In this document: piece after piece, positions 18,286 to 27,450 of the stretch
Layout: each line of letters opens with the position of its first letter
Position numbering within the stretch: position 1 is the stretch's first letter
Made by a program: the position numbers and the translations under genes
Source of the DNA: Exiguobacterium sp. 9-2
Lineage (GTDB): Bacteria; Bacillota; Bacilli; Exiguobacteriales; Exiguobacteriaceae
DNA: 32,000 nucleotides
Assembly (NCBI RefSeq): GCF_036287235.1
Contig: NZ_CP142850.1
Coordinates: 1,163,127 to 1,195,126, forward strand
Direction of reading: 5' to 3'
The notes under the pieces: generated by a model
Databases searched by the model: none
What the model saw: the letters and a program-made list of their open reading frames with translations, nothing else
Told to the model about the DNA's origin: nothing

Positions 18286-19476
18286 ATGAGTGAAGCAGTC
18301 GTCATCGTCAGTGCGACGCGCACGGCGATCGGGAATTTCAATGGAAGTTTGAAGGACGTCAAAGCAACGGAACTCGGAGCGACAGTCATTCGCGCGGCAC
18401 TTGAAAAAGCTGGTGTCGCAGGAGATCACGTCGACGAAGTCTTTTTCGGTAACGTCCTCTCAGCAGGACTTGGTCAAAATCCAGCTCGGCAGGCAGCCCT
18501 CGCTGCCGGGTTACCGGAGACATGTCCAGCGATGACCGTCAATAAGGTCTGCGGATCCGGTCTCTCAGCCGTCCATCTCGCGTATCAGGCGATCAAGTCG
18601 GGCGAAGCCGATGTCATCGTTGCTGGTGGGATGGAGAACATGAGTCAAGCACCTTACGTCCTCGCGGGCGCACGGTCTGGACTAAAGATGGGTGACCAAC
18701 CACTCGTCGATACGATCATCCAGGACGGGCTCGAATGTGCCTTTAATGACTATCATATGGGGATCACGGCAGAGAATTTAGCAGACGTCTACGAACTTTC
18801 CCGCGAAGCGCAGGATCAGTTCGCCGCGACGAGTCAGCAAAAAGCGCAGACGGCATTAGCGGAAGAACGGTTCGTCTCAGAAATCACGCCAGTGCTGATT
18901 CCACAACGAAAAGGCGATCCGATCCGTTTTGATCAAGATGAGTTTCCGCGCGCCGGAACGTCCGTCGAAACGCTCAGTCGTTTGCGCCCGGCGTTTAAGA
19001 AGAACGGAACGGTCACGGCAGGCAATGCATCTGGCATCAATGACGGGGCTGCGGCGCTCGTCATCATGTCAGAGGCGAAGGCGAAAGAACTCGGCGTGAC
19101 ACCACTCGTTGAGATCGTCGCGAACGGAACGTCCGGTGTCGACCCGAGCATCATGGGAATCGGTCCCGTCCAAGCGGTCCAAAAGGCACTCAATAAAGCA
19201 GGTTTAACGCTTGAGGAGATCGATGTCATCGAAGCGAACGAAGCATTCGCGGCACAATCTCTCGCGGTCGATGCGGAGCTACAGTTCCCGCATGAGAAGC
19301 TCAACCGCAATGGCGGTGCGATCGCGCTCGGTCATCCGATCGGTGCGAGCGGTGCGCGGATTCTCGTCACGCTGATCCATGAACTCGAGCGGACGGGTGA
19401 GACGCATGGTCTTGCGACGTTATGCGTCGGTGGCGGTCAAGGGGTGGCGACGATCGTTAAAAAATACGAAGGTTAA
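18286..19476 (+). CDS. Acetyl-CoA C-acetyltransferase (thiolase)
   Basis: [25 protein letters not shown]; [14 protein letters not shown]; [22 protein letters not shown]; [12 protein letters not shown]; ATG after aaggagatggagcag. Confidence 0.94.
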   Translation: MSEAVVIVSATRTAIGNFNGSLKDVKATELGATVIRAALEKAGVAGDHVDEVFFGNVLSAGLGQNPARQAALAAGLPETCPAMTVNKVCGSGLSAVHLAYQAIKSGEADVIVAGGMENMSQAPYVLAGARSGLKMGDQPLVDTIIQDGLECAFNDYHMGITAENLADVYELSREAQDQFAATSQQKAQTALAEERFVSEITPVLIPQRKGDPIRFDQDEFPRAGTSVETLSRLRPAFKKNGTVTAGNASGINDGAAALVIMSEAKAKELGVTPLVEIVANGTSGVDPSIMGIGPVQAVQKALNKAGLTLEEIDVIEANEAFAAQSLAVDAELQFPHEKLNRNGGAIALGHPIGASGARILVTLIHELERTGETHGLATLCVGGGQGVATIVKKYEG

Positions 19477-19480
19477 CTAA

Positions 19481-19528
19481 TAAAGCACGAGACGAAGGAG
19501 ATTGATGCACCCGTTGTCTCGTGCTTTA
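19481..19528. terminator. Rho-independent terminator, long stem
   Basis: taaagcacgagac ... gtctcgtgcttta. Confidence 0.75.
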
Positions 19529-19534
19529 TTGATT

Positions 19535-20125
19535 TTAGCGAATCGTTAATTTTTTCTTGTAACTGCTTTTTTCAAGAATTTGCACAGAGGACATCCGTGA
19601 CCATTCCTTCAAGGAGATCTCGGGATGTTGTTTCATGAAGTCGGAGACGATCATGTAGCCGAGTCTGTATTTCGTGAACGATGGAATTTGTTTTTCGTAA
19701 TTTCCAAAGAACAGATCATCCGTCGTCAATCGTTCCGCATTCAGCTCCGAAATCACATGCTCCAAGGAGTGGTCAAGTAAAGGGGCAATCGCTTCCGATG
19801 ATTCCATTGGATAAAGCTTATGGGCAAAGAATTCCGCTTTTCCTTCGAGAATGATGTAATCGAGTATTGTCGCACGATTCGGCTCATCGAGGGCTACGGT
19901 ATGATGGTATTCATGCGCCGTCGTATTGAGTAATGACTCTTTCGAAAAATCCTTCAAGAAGAACAGACTCATCGAATTGTTTCCTTGAGCGACACCGCTG
20001 ACACCACCATAACGTTTGGCATCATCATGTTCGAGTGGTGTCGTTGGGGAGACGAAGACAACGAGCTTCTCATCCCGTGGAAGTTGTTTCATCGAAGTCA
20101 GGAGACTGGACTTGATCTGTTTCAT
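19535..20125 (-). CDS. DUF2268-like predicted Zn-metalloprotease domain (YjaZ-like)
   Basis: TTAHEYHHTVAL (HExxH) and ILEGKAEFFAHKLY; overlaps the stop of the upstream ORF by 4 nt (ATGA). Confidence 0.75.
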   Translation of the reverse strand: MKQIKSSLLTSMKQLPRDEKLVVFVSPTTPLEHDDAKRYGGVSGVAQGNNSMSLFFLKDFSKESLLNTTAHEYHHTVALDEPNRATILDYIILEGKAEFFAHKLYPMESSEAIAPLLDHSLEHVISELNAERLTTDDLFFGNYEKQIPSFTKYRLGYMIVSDFMKQHPEISLKEWSRMSSVQILEKSSYKKKLTIR

Positions 20126-20466
20126 GATGTGCTGATGGTGTTTTTCAAATATGTATTCATCTGTTTTAAGTCCTTGATGTTTTCCGAAGGCTGTTCATAG
20201 ATGCTAGGAACAGGCATGGCTTGGAGCTGTTCTTTTTTGATGACGTCATTTTTAGCGCCCAATACGTATTTTTTATATAGTGCCTCATTGTCCTCTGGCT
20301 GTTTCGAAACCGCTTGAATGTAGTCGTCATACGCCTTATACAAAGGAACGATGTGGATCTCTTGTTTCTCGTGCGTAAACGAAATGTCATACGTCTTTGG
20401 TTTCTCGGCAGCCGGAGAACAACTGGCAAGTAAAAGGGTGACGCTAAGAAAATAGATGGATTTCAT
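20122..20466 (-). CDS. Lipoprotein N-terminal segment, probably the upstream part of the same DUF2268-like protein
   Basis: MKSIYFLSVTLLLASCSPAAEKP lipobox-like signal; ends where the protease ORF begins. Confidence 0.65.
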   Translation of the reverse strand: MKSIYFLSVTLLLASCSPAAEKPKTYDISFTHEKQEIHIVPLYKAYDDYIQAVSKQPEDNEALYKKYVLGAKNDVIKKEQLQAMPVPSIYEQPSENIKDLKQMNTYLKNTISTS

Positions 20467-20619
20467 GAGAATACCTCCTGTTTAATTATCCATATATTTA
20501 CTTTCCATAAAAAATGTCATTCTCCTACTACGTCAGATGAACTTATGAATCCGGTTTCATACTTTGACGCGAAGACGTACCAGATTCTTTAAACTAAAGT
20601 GGAATCAAACTTTCTGCCA

Positions 20620-20634
20620 AATTTTCAGAATATT
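20620..20634 (+). promoter_or_regulatory. Candidate CodY box
   Basis: AATTTTCAGAATATT, 14 of 15 matches to AATTTTCWGAAAATT, about 110 nt upstream of brnQ. Confidence 0.7.
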
Positions 20635-20745
20635 CTCCAGATAAACTCCTAGCACGAGCTCCTAAACGTATGTTATCCTTTCGAACGAAGTACTTCATCT
20701 GCTTAGGGAGCGGATGAAGTCGGAAATCATCAGTGGGGGTTTATT

Positions 20746-22086
20746 ATGTCTAAAACTGTTCCAACATCATTTATCATCGTCATCGGCATGATGCTCTTCG
20801 CCTTGTTCTTTGGGGCAGGAAATCTCATCTTTCCGCCGATGCTCGGACAGCTCGCAGGGGAGCATGTCTGGGTTGCCAATGCCGGATTCCTTGTCACTGG
20901 TGTCGGTCTACCATTGCTTGCGATTCTCGCATTCGCGTTTTCAGGGGAACGCGATCTACAAGCGATGGCGTCACGTGTTCATCCTGCTTTCGGAATCGGG
21001 TTCTCGGTCATCTTGTATCTCGCGATTGGACCATTCTTCGCAATTCCACGTGCCGGAACGGTCTCGTATGAGATCGGAATCAAGCCGTTCTTCAGTGAAT
21101 CGACGAGCCATTTGCCGTTACTGATCTTTACGATTTTGTTTTACACAATTGCTTGTCTATTGTCCTTAAACCCAACAAAGATCGTCGATGTCGTCGGGAA
21201 AGTACTGACACCGATTAAAATCACGTTCATTGGTCTCTTGATCATCGTTGCCGTCCTGCATCCAATCGGAAGTTTTCAGAATCCTTTGAAGACATATCGA
21301 ACAAATGCTTTCTTTAATGGTTTCCAAGAAGGATATATGACACTCGATGCGCTTGGTGCCTTTGTCTTCGGTATCATCATTATCGCAGCGATCAAGGAAA
21401 AAGGTGTCACTTCGAAGCGGCAGTTGCTGCTGATTTGTACGAAAGCCTCGTTGATTGCCGCAGCCTTGCTTGCAATCACATACACGGCGCTTGCCTTCAT
21501 GGGCGCGTCAAGTGTCTCTGAGATCGGACAGCTCGCGAACGGCGCAGAGATTTTGTCTGCTGTGTCGGATCATTACTTCGGTGAGTATGGGGCGATTTTG
21601 CTTGGTCTGATGATCACAGTCGCTTGTATGACGACGAGTGTTGGTTTGATCACGGCGTGTGCCGCGTTTTTCTCGGCACTCGTCCCAAAAATCTCATACG
21701 TCAAATGGACGATTGGTCTATCGGTCTTCAGCGCACTCGTTGCGAACATCGGTCTGAATCAATTACTCGCTGTCTCTAAACCAGTCTTGATGACGCTTTA
21801 TCCACTCGCGATCTGTCTGATCTTCTTAACGTTCTTGCATCCACTCTTTAAAGGGAAGCCAGCCGTGTATCAAGGGGCGCTATGGATGACGTTCCTCGTC
21901 AGCTTGTTTGATGGATTGAAGACAGCAAAAATCAATGTCTCAGCCGTCACGAAAGTGTTTGATGCGGTATTACCGTTTGCTTCTGTCAGTCTCGGTTGGG
22001 TCGTTCCAGCTATCATCGGTGGGATGATCGGAGCGATCGTCGGTAAGAAAAAAGCGGAGACACGATCGTCGTCACGTGTGGCTTAA
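20746..22086 (+). CDS. brnQ: Branched-chain amino acid transport system II carrier protein
   Basis: IIVIGMMLFALFFGAGNLIFPPMLGQLAGEHVW; about 12 TM segments. Confidence 0.95.
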   Translation: MSKTVPTSFIIVIGMMLFALFFGAGNLIFPPMLGQLAGEHVWVANAGFLVTGVGLPLLAILAFAFSGERDLQAMASRVHPAFGIGFSVILYLAIGPFFAIPRAGTVSYEIGIKPFFSESTSHLPLLIFTILFYTIACLLSLNPTKIVDVVGKVLTPIKITFIGLLIIVAVLHPIGSFQNPLKTYRTNAFFNGFQEGYMTLDALGAFVFGIIIIAAIKEKGVTSKRQLLLICTKASLIAAALLAITYTALAFMGASSVSEIGQLANGAEILSAVSDHYFGEYGAILLGLMITVACMTTSVGLITACAAFFSALVPKISYVKWTIGLSVFSALVANIGLNQLLAVSKPVLMTLYPLAICLIFLTFLHPLFKGKPAVYQGALWMTFLVSLFDGLKTAKINVSAVTKVFDAVLPFASVSLGWVVPAIIGGMIGAIVGKKKAETRSSSRVA

Positions 22087-22104
22087 GTTGTCATGTATAA
22101 AGGG

Positions 22105-22146
22105 AAGCGGATTTTTGATCGTATGATCAAAGTCCGCTTTTTTTGT
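22105..22146 (+). terminator. Rho-independent terminator
   Basis: aagcggatttttgatc gtat gatcaaagtccgctttttttt. Confidence 0.75.
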
Positions 22147-22160
22147 TCACTCGATTGTGG

Positions 22161-22186
22161 GTTTAAGCATAAGCGGAAACGGCAAT
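22161..22186 (+). promoter_or_regulatory. Weak candidate SigB-type promoter GTTTAA-N14-GGCAAT
   Basis: Upstream of the gldA gene; one mismatch in the -10-like element. Confidence 0.35.
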
Positions 22187-22240
22187 TCCTCTACTGTATA
22201 TCATTGACCATCGTGTCCCTTACAGAAAGGATGTTGAAAC

Positions 22241-23350
22241 ATGTCAGAACGTGTCTTCATTAGTCCCTCGAAGTATGTCCAAGGAAAGGATGTCATTGAC
22301 CGGCTCGGTACATATGTGAGCCCGTTCGGTGAAAAAGCGCTCGTCATCGCGGACGATGTCGTCTGGAAAATCGTAAAGGAACGTGTCGAGCAGTCGCTGT
22401 CCGGAGAAAACGTCAGCATCGAGAAGGCAGACTTTAGTGGTGAAGCCTCACGGCATGAAGTAAAACGAATCGCTGAGCAAGCAAAAGCAGCGGATGTTCG
22501 TTTCGTCATGGGAGTTGGGGGTGGAAAGACGCTCGACACAGCAAAAGCCGTCTCGGATGAGCTGAACGTGTCCGTCGTCATCGTACCGACCCTTGCTTCG
22601 ACCGATGCACCGACGAGTGCTCTGTCCGTCATCTATTCCGACGAAGGGATTTTCGAAAGCTATCGTTTCTATAAGAAGAATCCCGATCTTGTTCTCGTCG
22701 ATACGAAACTGATTGCCCAAGCGCCAGCACGTTTCTTCGCGTCCGGAATTGCCGATGCACTCGCGACGTGGGTCGAAGTTCGAAGTGTCGTCGCCTTTGG
22801 TGGACAGACGATGGCGGGAGGACGACCGACAATTGCGGCACAAGCGATTGCCAAACGTTGTGAGGAAGTCTTGTTCGAGCACGGGCGTCTGGCGTACGAA
22901 TCCGTTCAGGCACAAGTCGTAACACCAGCACTCGAAGCCGTCGTCGAAGCGAATACCCTCTTAAGTGGGCTCGGCTTTGAAAGTGGGGGACTAGCAGCGG
23001 CGCATGCGATTCATAATGGCTTTACGGCACTTGACGGTGAGATTCACCACCTGACGCATGGAGAAAAGGTCGCCTTTGGTACACTCGTCCAGTTGGCGCT
23101 CGAAGAACATCCACAAGAAGAAATCGAGCGCTATATCGCGCTTTACACGGATCTTGGTTTACCGGTGACACTCGAGGACGTCAAGCTAAAGGATGCGTCA
23201 CGTGAAGATATCGTCAAAGTCGGAGAGGCAGCAACTGCTGAAGGTGAGACGATCCACAGCGGATTCAACGTTACGGCGGACGAAGTCGCGGATGCGATCA
23301 TCGCAGCCGATCGCTATTCAAAAGCGTATCAAGCAAAACGAAAACAATAA
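22241..23350 (+). CDS. gldA: Glycerol dehydrogenase (iron-containing ADH family)
   Basis: [45 protein letters not shown]; [13 protein letters not shown]; [11 protein letters not shown]. Confidence 0.92.
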   Translation: MSERVFISPSKYVQGKDVIDRLGTYVSPFGEKALVIADDVVWKIVKERVEQSLSGENVSIEKADFSGEASRHEVKRIAEQAKAADVRFVMGVGGGKTLDTAKAVSDELNVSVVIVPTLASTDAPTSALSVIYSDEGIFESYRFYKKNPDLVLVDTKLIAQAPARFFASGIADALATWVEVRSVVAFGGQTMAGGRPTIAAQAIAKRCEEVLFEHGRLAYESVQAQVVTPALEAVVEANTLLSGLGFESGGLAAAHAIHNGFTALDGEIHHLTHGEKVAFGTLVQLALEEHPQEEIERYIALYTDLGLPVTLEDVKLKDASREDIVKVGEAATAEGETIHSGFNVTADEVADAIIAADRYSKAYQAKRKQ

Positions 23351-23356
23351 GAAAAA

Positions 23357-23387
23357 ATAACCCTTGCCGAGACGGCGAGGGTTATTG
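23357..23387. terminator. Bidirectional Rho-independent terminator between convergent genes
   Basis: aataacccttgcc-gagac-ggcgagggttatt. Confidence 0.8.
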
Positions 23388-23392
23388 TCATT

Positions 23393-24337
23393 TTACAGAT
23401 AATCGAGTGGATTGACACTGCTACCAGCAGAAGTTGCGCTGTAGACGTACGATCCTTTATGGAGTTCAAAATGTAAATGTGTTCCGAAAGCGTTACCTGT
23501 CTCGCCAACTGTTCCGATCTTTTGACCTTGCGTGACGGTTTGACCGACCGAGACCGAGCGGCTATTCATATGTGCATACAGACTGATGAACGGCGATCCG
23601 TTGATCGTATGTGAAACCATGACATAGTTGCCGTACGCGCCTTTGAGCTGAGACGTAATGACTTTACCACTTGCTGTCGCATAGACTGGTGTACCTTTTG
23701 CTGCACCATAATCGATCCCGTTATGGAATGTGTAACCATAAGCACCACTAGAAGGTCCATAACCTTGCGTGATCGGACCGCTCGTTGGCGTCGCGAAGTT
23801 CTTTGATGTCGACGTTGACGCTTTTGATGCGCCACTGCTATTCGTCAGTGTCAAAACAGCGTATTTCGAGACATAGTCCGCATGGACGAATCGTTTATCT
23901 CCACCGTATAAGAACTTGATCCAATCGCCTGTACGACCGAGGTAGCGGAACGTTTCGCCCTTATCGACACTTCCGACGACTGTACTGCTCGTTGAACTGC
24001 TGCTACGAACACGAAGGTTGTCGACATTGACTTTAATCTTATAGATACGTGTTACAGAATATTTTTTAACATATGTAGAAGAAACATAGACTTTTTTTGA
24101 ACCGTACAGAATTTTCGTCCAGTTGCCTGTCCGTCCGAGATACTTATATGTATCACCTTTTTCAAAGCTCGTGACCGTACCGTATGATGTCGAAGGACCC
24201 GTTCGAGCACGCAAACCGTCCTCCATGACTTTCACCTTATAGAACGTCGTTGCTGCATCCGCACGTGGTATGGCAAACGAAGCAAAACTTGCCACAGCGA
24301 TGGCTGTCGCTGAAACACCTTTCCAAAAACCATGCAT
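23393..24337 (-). CDS. Secreted M23 peptidase with two bacterial SH3 domains
   Basis: Signal peptide; two SH3b units (DGLRARTGPSTSYG, DNLRVRSSSSTSSTVVG); HNGIDYG...GTHLHFEL. Confidence 0.92.
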   Translation of the reverse strand: MHGFWKGVSATAIAVASFASFAIPRADAATTFYKVKVMEDGLRARTGPSTSYGTVTSFEKGDTYKYLGRTGNWTKILYGSKKVYVSSTYVKKYSVTRIYKIKVNVDNLRVRSSSSTSSTVVGSVDKGETFRYLGRTGDWIKFLYGGDKRFVHADYVSKYAVLTLTNSSGASKASTSTSKNFATPTSGPITQGYGPSSGAYGYTFHNGIDYGAAKGTPVYATASGKVITSQLKGAYGNYVMVSHTINGSPFISLYAHMNSRSVSVGQTVTQGQKIGTVGETGNAFGTHLHFELHKGSYVYSATSAGSSVNPLDYL

Positions 24338-24593
24338 GATTCATTCCTCCTGAATATGTAATCTGTGTGACTAAACCGTTATGTAAATTTCATAGATGAG
24401 TATAACATTTACGAAAATGTTTAAATGTTACATTCACATTTCGATATTATTTCAATAAATTATATTTAAAGACATTAATTTTGTTTGTTTTCCATTTATC
24501 CATAAATTCCTTTGACAAGATTGGATGGAATTGGATATGATGAAATGCCCATTAAAAATAAGAAAGGTACCCCGGTTGAGGTACCTTAAATGC

Positions 24594-25334
24594 TTATAAA
24601 AAGGCGAGTGGATTGACGCTGTTTGCTGCAGAAGTACCGCTATAGACATAGTTACCGCGATGGATTTCGAAGTGAAGATGAGCACCTGTCGAGTTTCCTG
24701 TACTGCCGACTGCACCGATCGTTGCGCCTTTCGGGATCGTTTGACCGACGAAGACAGAGCGTTTGCTTAAGTGAGCGTATACCGTTGTGTACGAAATACC
24801 GTGCACTTTATGTTTGACCATGACATGGTTTCCATATGCTCCTTGGTAAGACGATGTGACAACTTTACCTGCCGCTGCTGCATGAACGGGCGTTCCGATT
24901 GGTGCACCAAAGTCGACGCCGTTATGGAACGTGTAGCCGAAGATGCCGCTAGTTTTTCCATAACCTTGTGTTACTGGACCGCTTGTCGGACGCGAGAAGC
25001 CATTTGATGAAGTCGAGAATGAGGCTTTCTTCGCTGTATGACCAGAAACGCGATATTTTTTCACATAACCTGAGTAGACGTAACGCTTATGTCCTTTATG
25101 AAGAATTTTTGTCCAGTTTCCGCGATGACCCAAGTATTTGAAAGTCTGTCCCGAATTGACGCCGTCGACGATCCGGTATTTAAGAGATGGGCCAGTGCGA
25201 ACGCGGAGTCCGTCTGCTTTGATTTTTACTTTGTACGTAGATTTCGTAGCTGCGTCAACCTTACCTGTACCCGTAGCTGCAAAACCTGAAACAACGAGCG
25301 CGCTCATTGCAAGTGTCGTGATTGTTCTTTTCAT
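24594..25334 (-). CDS. Secreted M23 peptidase with one bacterial SH3 domain (paralog of the neighbour)
   Basis: Signal peptide; DGLRVRTGPSLKYRIVD; HNGVDFG...GAHLHFEI. Confidence 0.92.
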   Translation of the reverse strand: MKRTITTLAMSALVVSGFAATGTGKVDAATKSTYKVKIKADGLRVRTGPSLKYRIVDGVNSGQTFKYLGHRGNWTKILHKGHKRYVYSGYVKKYRVSGHTAKKASFSTSSNGFSRPTSGPVTQGYGKTSGIFGYTFHNGVDFGAPIGTPVHAAAAGKVVTSSYQGAYGNHVMVKHKVHGISYTTVYAHLSKRSVFVGQTIPKGATIGAVGSTGNSTGAHLHFEIHRGNYVYSGTSAANSVNPLAFL

Positions 25335-25668
25335 GAATGTTCCTCCTTGATGTAAATCGAGATCTTGTCGGAAATGACATGTATATAGAATGTGTGTGGT
25401 GTAAAGTGTGGTGAATTGAAGTAGATGATGCTGTCGTCATTTGACTAACGAGAGTATAGCATTGAAAAGTCAGACGTTTGTATTTCAATTCGATTGCTTA
25501 GATATATTTTAATAACAATTCTTGTAATGTTGAATATATATTCAATCTCAGAATCCCTTAAAATCAAGATGAATCCGTGTTACAACGAGATGAATTTGAT
25601 GACAAAACGCAATCGTGGGAAATGATGAGAAAGTATGGGAATCTAATAAAAAGAGAGTAGGTAATGAG

Positions 25669-26130
25669 ATGGATTTGACGTTTGCAGTAAATCAAAAAAA
25701 GCTTAACATTCGCGCAGTGGCGCTGTTGATTCAAGATGAACATCTCTTGATTCATCGGCAAGGAGAAGATGATTTTTGGTCATTACCGGGAGGACGGGTA
25801 CAATTTGGTGAAAGTGGTGCCAAAGCGATTGAACGTGAATTATTAGAAGAATTAGGACAGTCAATCGAGCCACCGGTCTTCCGTTTCCTGCATGAAAATT
25901 TCTTTAATTACGCAGACCATCAGTTTCATGAACTGGGGATGTTTTATGAAGTGACATGTCGAGAACCACTACCACTTTCAACGGAAGACTTTTACGGTCC
26001 CGAAGGTGAAGAATTGACGTACCGGTTCGTTCCATTCGATAAACTGGATCAATATACATTGTATCCAAGCGGATTATCAAAAATGCTTCAAACCAATGTT
26101 TTTCCAACGCTATTGACGAATGACATCTGA
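25669..26130 (+). CDS. Nudix hydrolase
   Basis: Nudix box GGRVQFGESGAKAIERELLEELGQ; the track's start at 25615 is also possible. Confidence 0.9.
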   Translation: MDLTFAVNQKKLNIRAVALLIQDEHLLIHRQGEDDFWSLPGGRVQFGESGAKAIERELLEELGQSIEPPVFRFLHENFFNYADHQFHELGMFYEVTCREPLPLSTEDFYGPEGEELTYRFVPFDKLDQYTLYPSGLSKMLQTNVFPTLLTNDI

Positions 26131-26145
26131 CTTTTCCGGAAAAAC

Positions 26146-26170
26146 GTTTATAGATGTATCGCAAGGGAAT
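26146..26170 (+). promoter_or_regulatory. Candidate SigB-type promoter GTTTAT-N13-GGGAAT
   Basis: gtttat agatgtatcgcaa gggaat, 48 nt upstream of a GSP39-like SDR gene. Confidence 0.6.
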
Positions 26171-26217
26171 GGTTAATCATGTAGTTCATTCCACAATGAT
26201 AAGGGAGCTGATCGTTC

Positions 26218-27093
26218 ATGAGAGAAGAGCAGTTCGAAGCGATGCATCAAGAAGCACGAGGGCAGACGCAGGAACAACAACCCGGTGTCGAGTACGCCAT
26301 GAAACCGGAACCGATCTACGATGATCCGGATTATGTCGGTTCAGGAAAACTGACGGGGAAGGTTGCACTGATCACAGGTGGAGACAGTGGAATCGGTCGA
26401 GCCGTTGCTGTCGCTTATGCGAAAGAAGGGGCAAATGTCGCAATCGTATACTTAAATGAGGGAAAAGACGCAGAAAAGACGAAATCGTTGATTGAAGGCT
26501 ACGGGGTCAAAGCCTTAAAAATTGCTAAAGATGTCAGTCAACCGGAAAATGCGCAAGCGATCATCGATACCGTCATTGCAGAATTTGGTCAATTGAACAT
26601 TCTCGTTAACAATGCCGGAAAACAATTCCCGCAAGATGATTTCCTTGCGATCACACCAGATCAATTGAAGGAAACGTTCGAAACGAATGTTTTTTCGATG
26701 TTCTACTTGATTCAGGCTGCGCTTCCACATTTGCATAAAGAAGATGCAATCATCAATACCTCATCGGTGACAGCGTATCGCGGAGCACCGTCGCTGATCG
26801 ACTACTCGGCGACGAAAGGCGCTATTACGACATTGACACGCTCGCTTGCTTCAAGCTTGATTGAGAAAGGAATCCGCGTTAATGCTGTCGCACCGGGACC
26901 GATTTGGACGCCTCTCATTCCAGCGACGTTCTCGAAGGAGAAAGTCGAGTCGCATGGGGAAGACACATTAATGAAGCGTCGGGGACAACCGTCAGAAAAT
27001 GCACCGGCTTATGTCTATTTGGCTTCTCGTGATTCGAGTTACATCACGGGTCAGACGATTCATATCAACGGCGGCGATTACATCACGTCTTAA
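26218..27093 (+). CDS. SDR family oxidoreductase, general stress protein 39 (YdaD)-like
   Basis: KPEPIYDDPDYVGSGKLTGKVALITGGDSGIGRAVAVAYAKEGANVAIVYLNE; YSATKGAITTLTRSLA; PSENAPAYVYLASRDSSYITGQTIHINGG. Confidence 0.93.
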   Translation: MREEQFEAMHQEARGQTQEQQPGVEYAMKPEPIYDDPDYVGSGKLTGKVALITGGDSGIGRAVAVAYAKEGANVAIVYLNEGKDAEKTKSLIEGYGVKALKIAKDVSQPENAQAIIDTVIAEFGQLNILVNNAGKQFPQDDFLAITPDQLKETFETNVFSMFYLIQAALPHLHKEDAIINTSSVTAYRGAPSLIDYSATKGAITTLTRSLASSLIEKGIRVNAVAPGPIWTPLIPATFSKEKVESHGEDTLMKRRGQPSENAPAYVYLASRDSSYITGQTIHINGGDYITS

Positions 27094-27103
27094 GGGGGAA
27101 AAC

Positions 27104-27295
27104 ATGATGAAGAAAAATCCGAATGAAGTGCCTGAACGTGAACCGGATCATCAACCTGACGAAGTTCCGCAAGCACCACCGAGCGAGGTGCCAGATACAC
27201 CACAGGAAGATCCTGTCCGTCAACCGGAACCGGATACGTTCCCGGAACCAACTGAGATTCCTGATACACCGCAGGAAGATCCAAATCCCTATTAA
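27104..27295 (+). CDS. Small Pro/Glu-rich repetitive protein (63 aa)
   Basis: MMKKNPNEVPEREPDHQPDEVPQAPPSEVPDTPQEDPVRQPEPDTFPEPTEIPDTPQEDPNPY; RBS aaggggga. Confidence 0.7.
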   Translation: MMKKNPNEVPEREPDHQPDEVPQAPPSEVPDTPQEDPVRQPEPDTFPEPTEIPDTPQEDPNPY

Positions 27296-27308
27296 TAGGT
27301 TGACCGTA

Positions 27309-27342
27309 GTCACCATCCAAGAATCGGATGGTGACTTTTTCG
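27309..27342 (+). terminator. Rho-independent terminator
   Basis: agtcaccatcc-aagaatc-ggatggtgacttttt. Confidence 0.8.
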
Positions 27343-27363
27343 TGATTAAGAAGACAAACCAGC

Positions 27364-27393
27364 TTGACAGACAAACTGTATGGTGAGTATGAT
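27364..27393 (+). promoter_or_regulatory. SigA-type promoter TTGACA-N18-TATGAT
   Basis: Upstream of the GntR-family regulator gene. Confidence 0.65.
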
Positions 27394-27405
27394 ACAGAAG
27401 AGAAG

Positions 27406-27425
27406 TGTATTAATGTTTTAATACA
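27406..27425 (+). promoter_or_regulatory. Probable regulator operator (perfect inverted repeat)
   Basis: TGTATTAA-TGTT-TTAATACA just downstream of the -10 and upstream of the gntR-type gene. Confidence 0.6.
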
Positions 27426-27450
27426 TTACACAGAAAAGGGAGGTCTACCG

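Noticed and set aside
20520-20745. Possible T-box leader ahead of brnQ
   Set aside because: No T-box sequence (AGGGTGGNACCGCG-like) or terminator with T run was seen; the CodY box and hairpin explain the leader better.
27364-27450. N-terminal extension MTDKLYGEYDTEEKCINVLIHYTEKGGLP of the GntR ORF
   Set aside because: It spans the putative promoter and operator; the ATG at 27451 has a good RBS and matches the usual family start.
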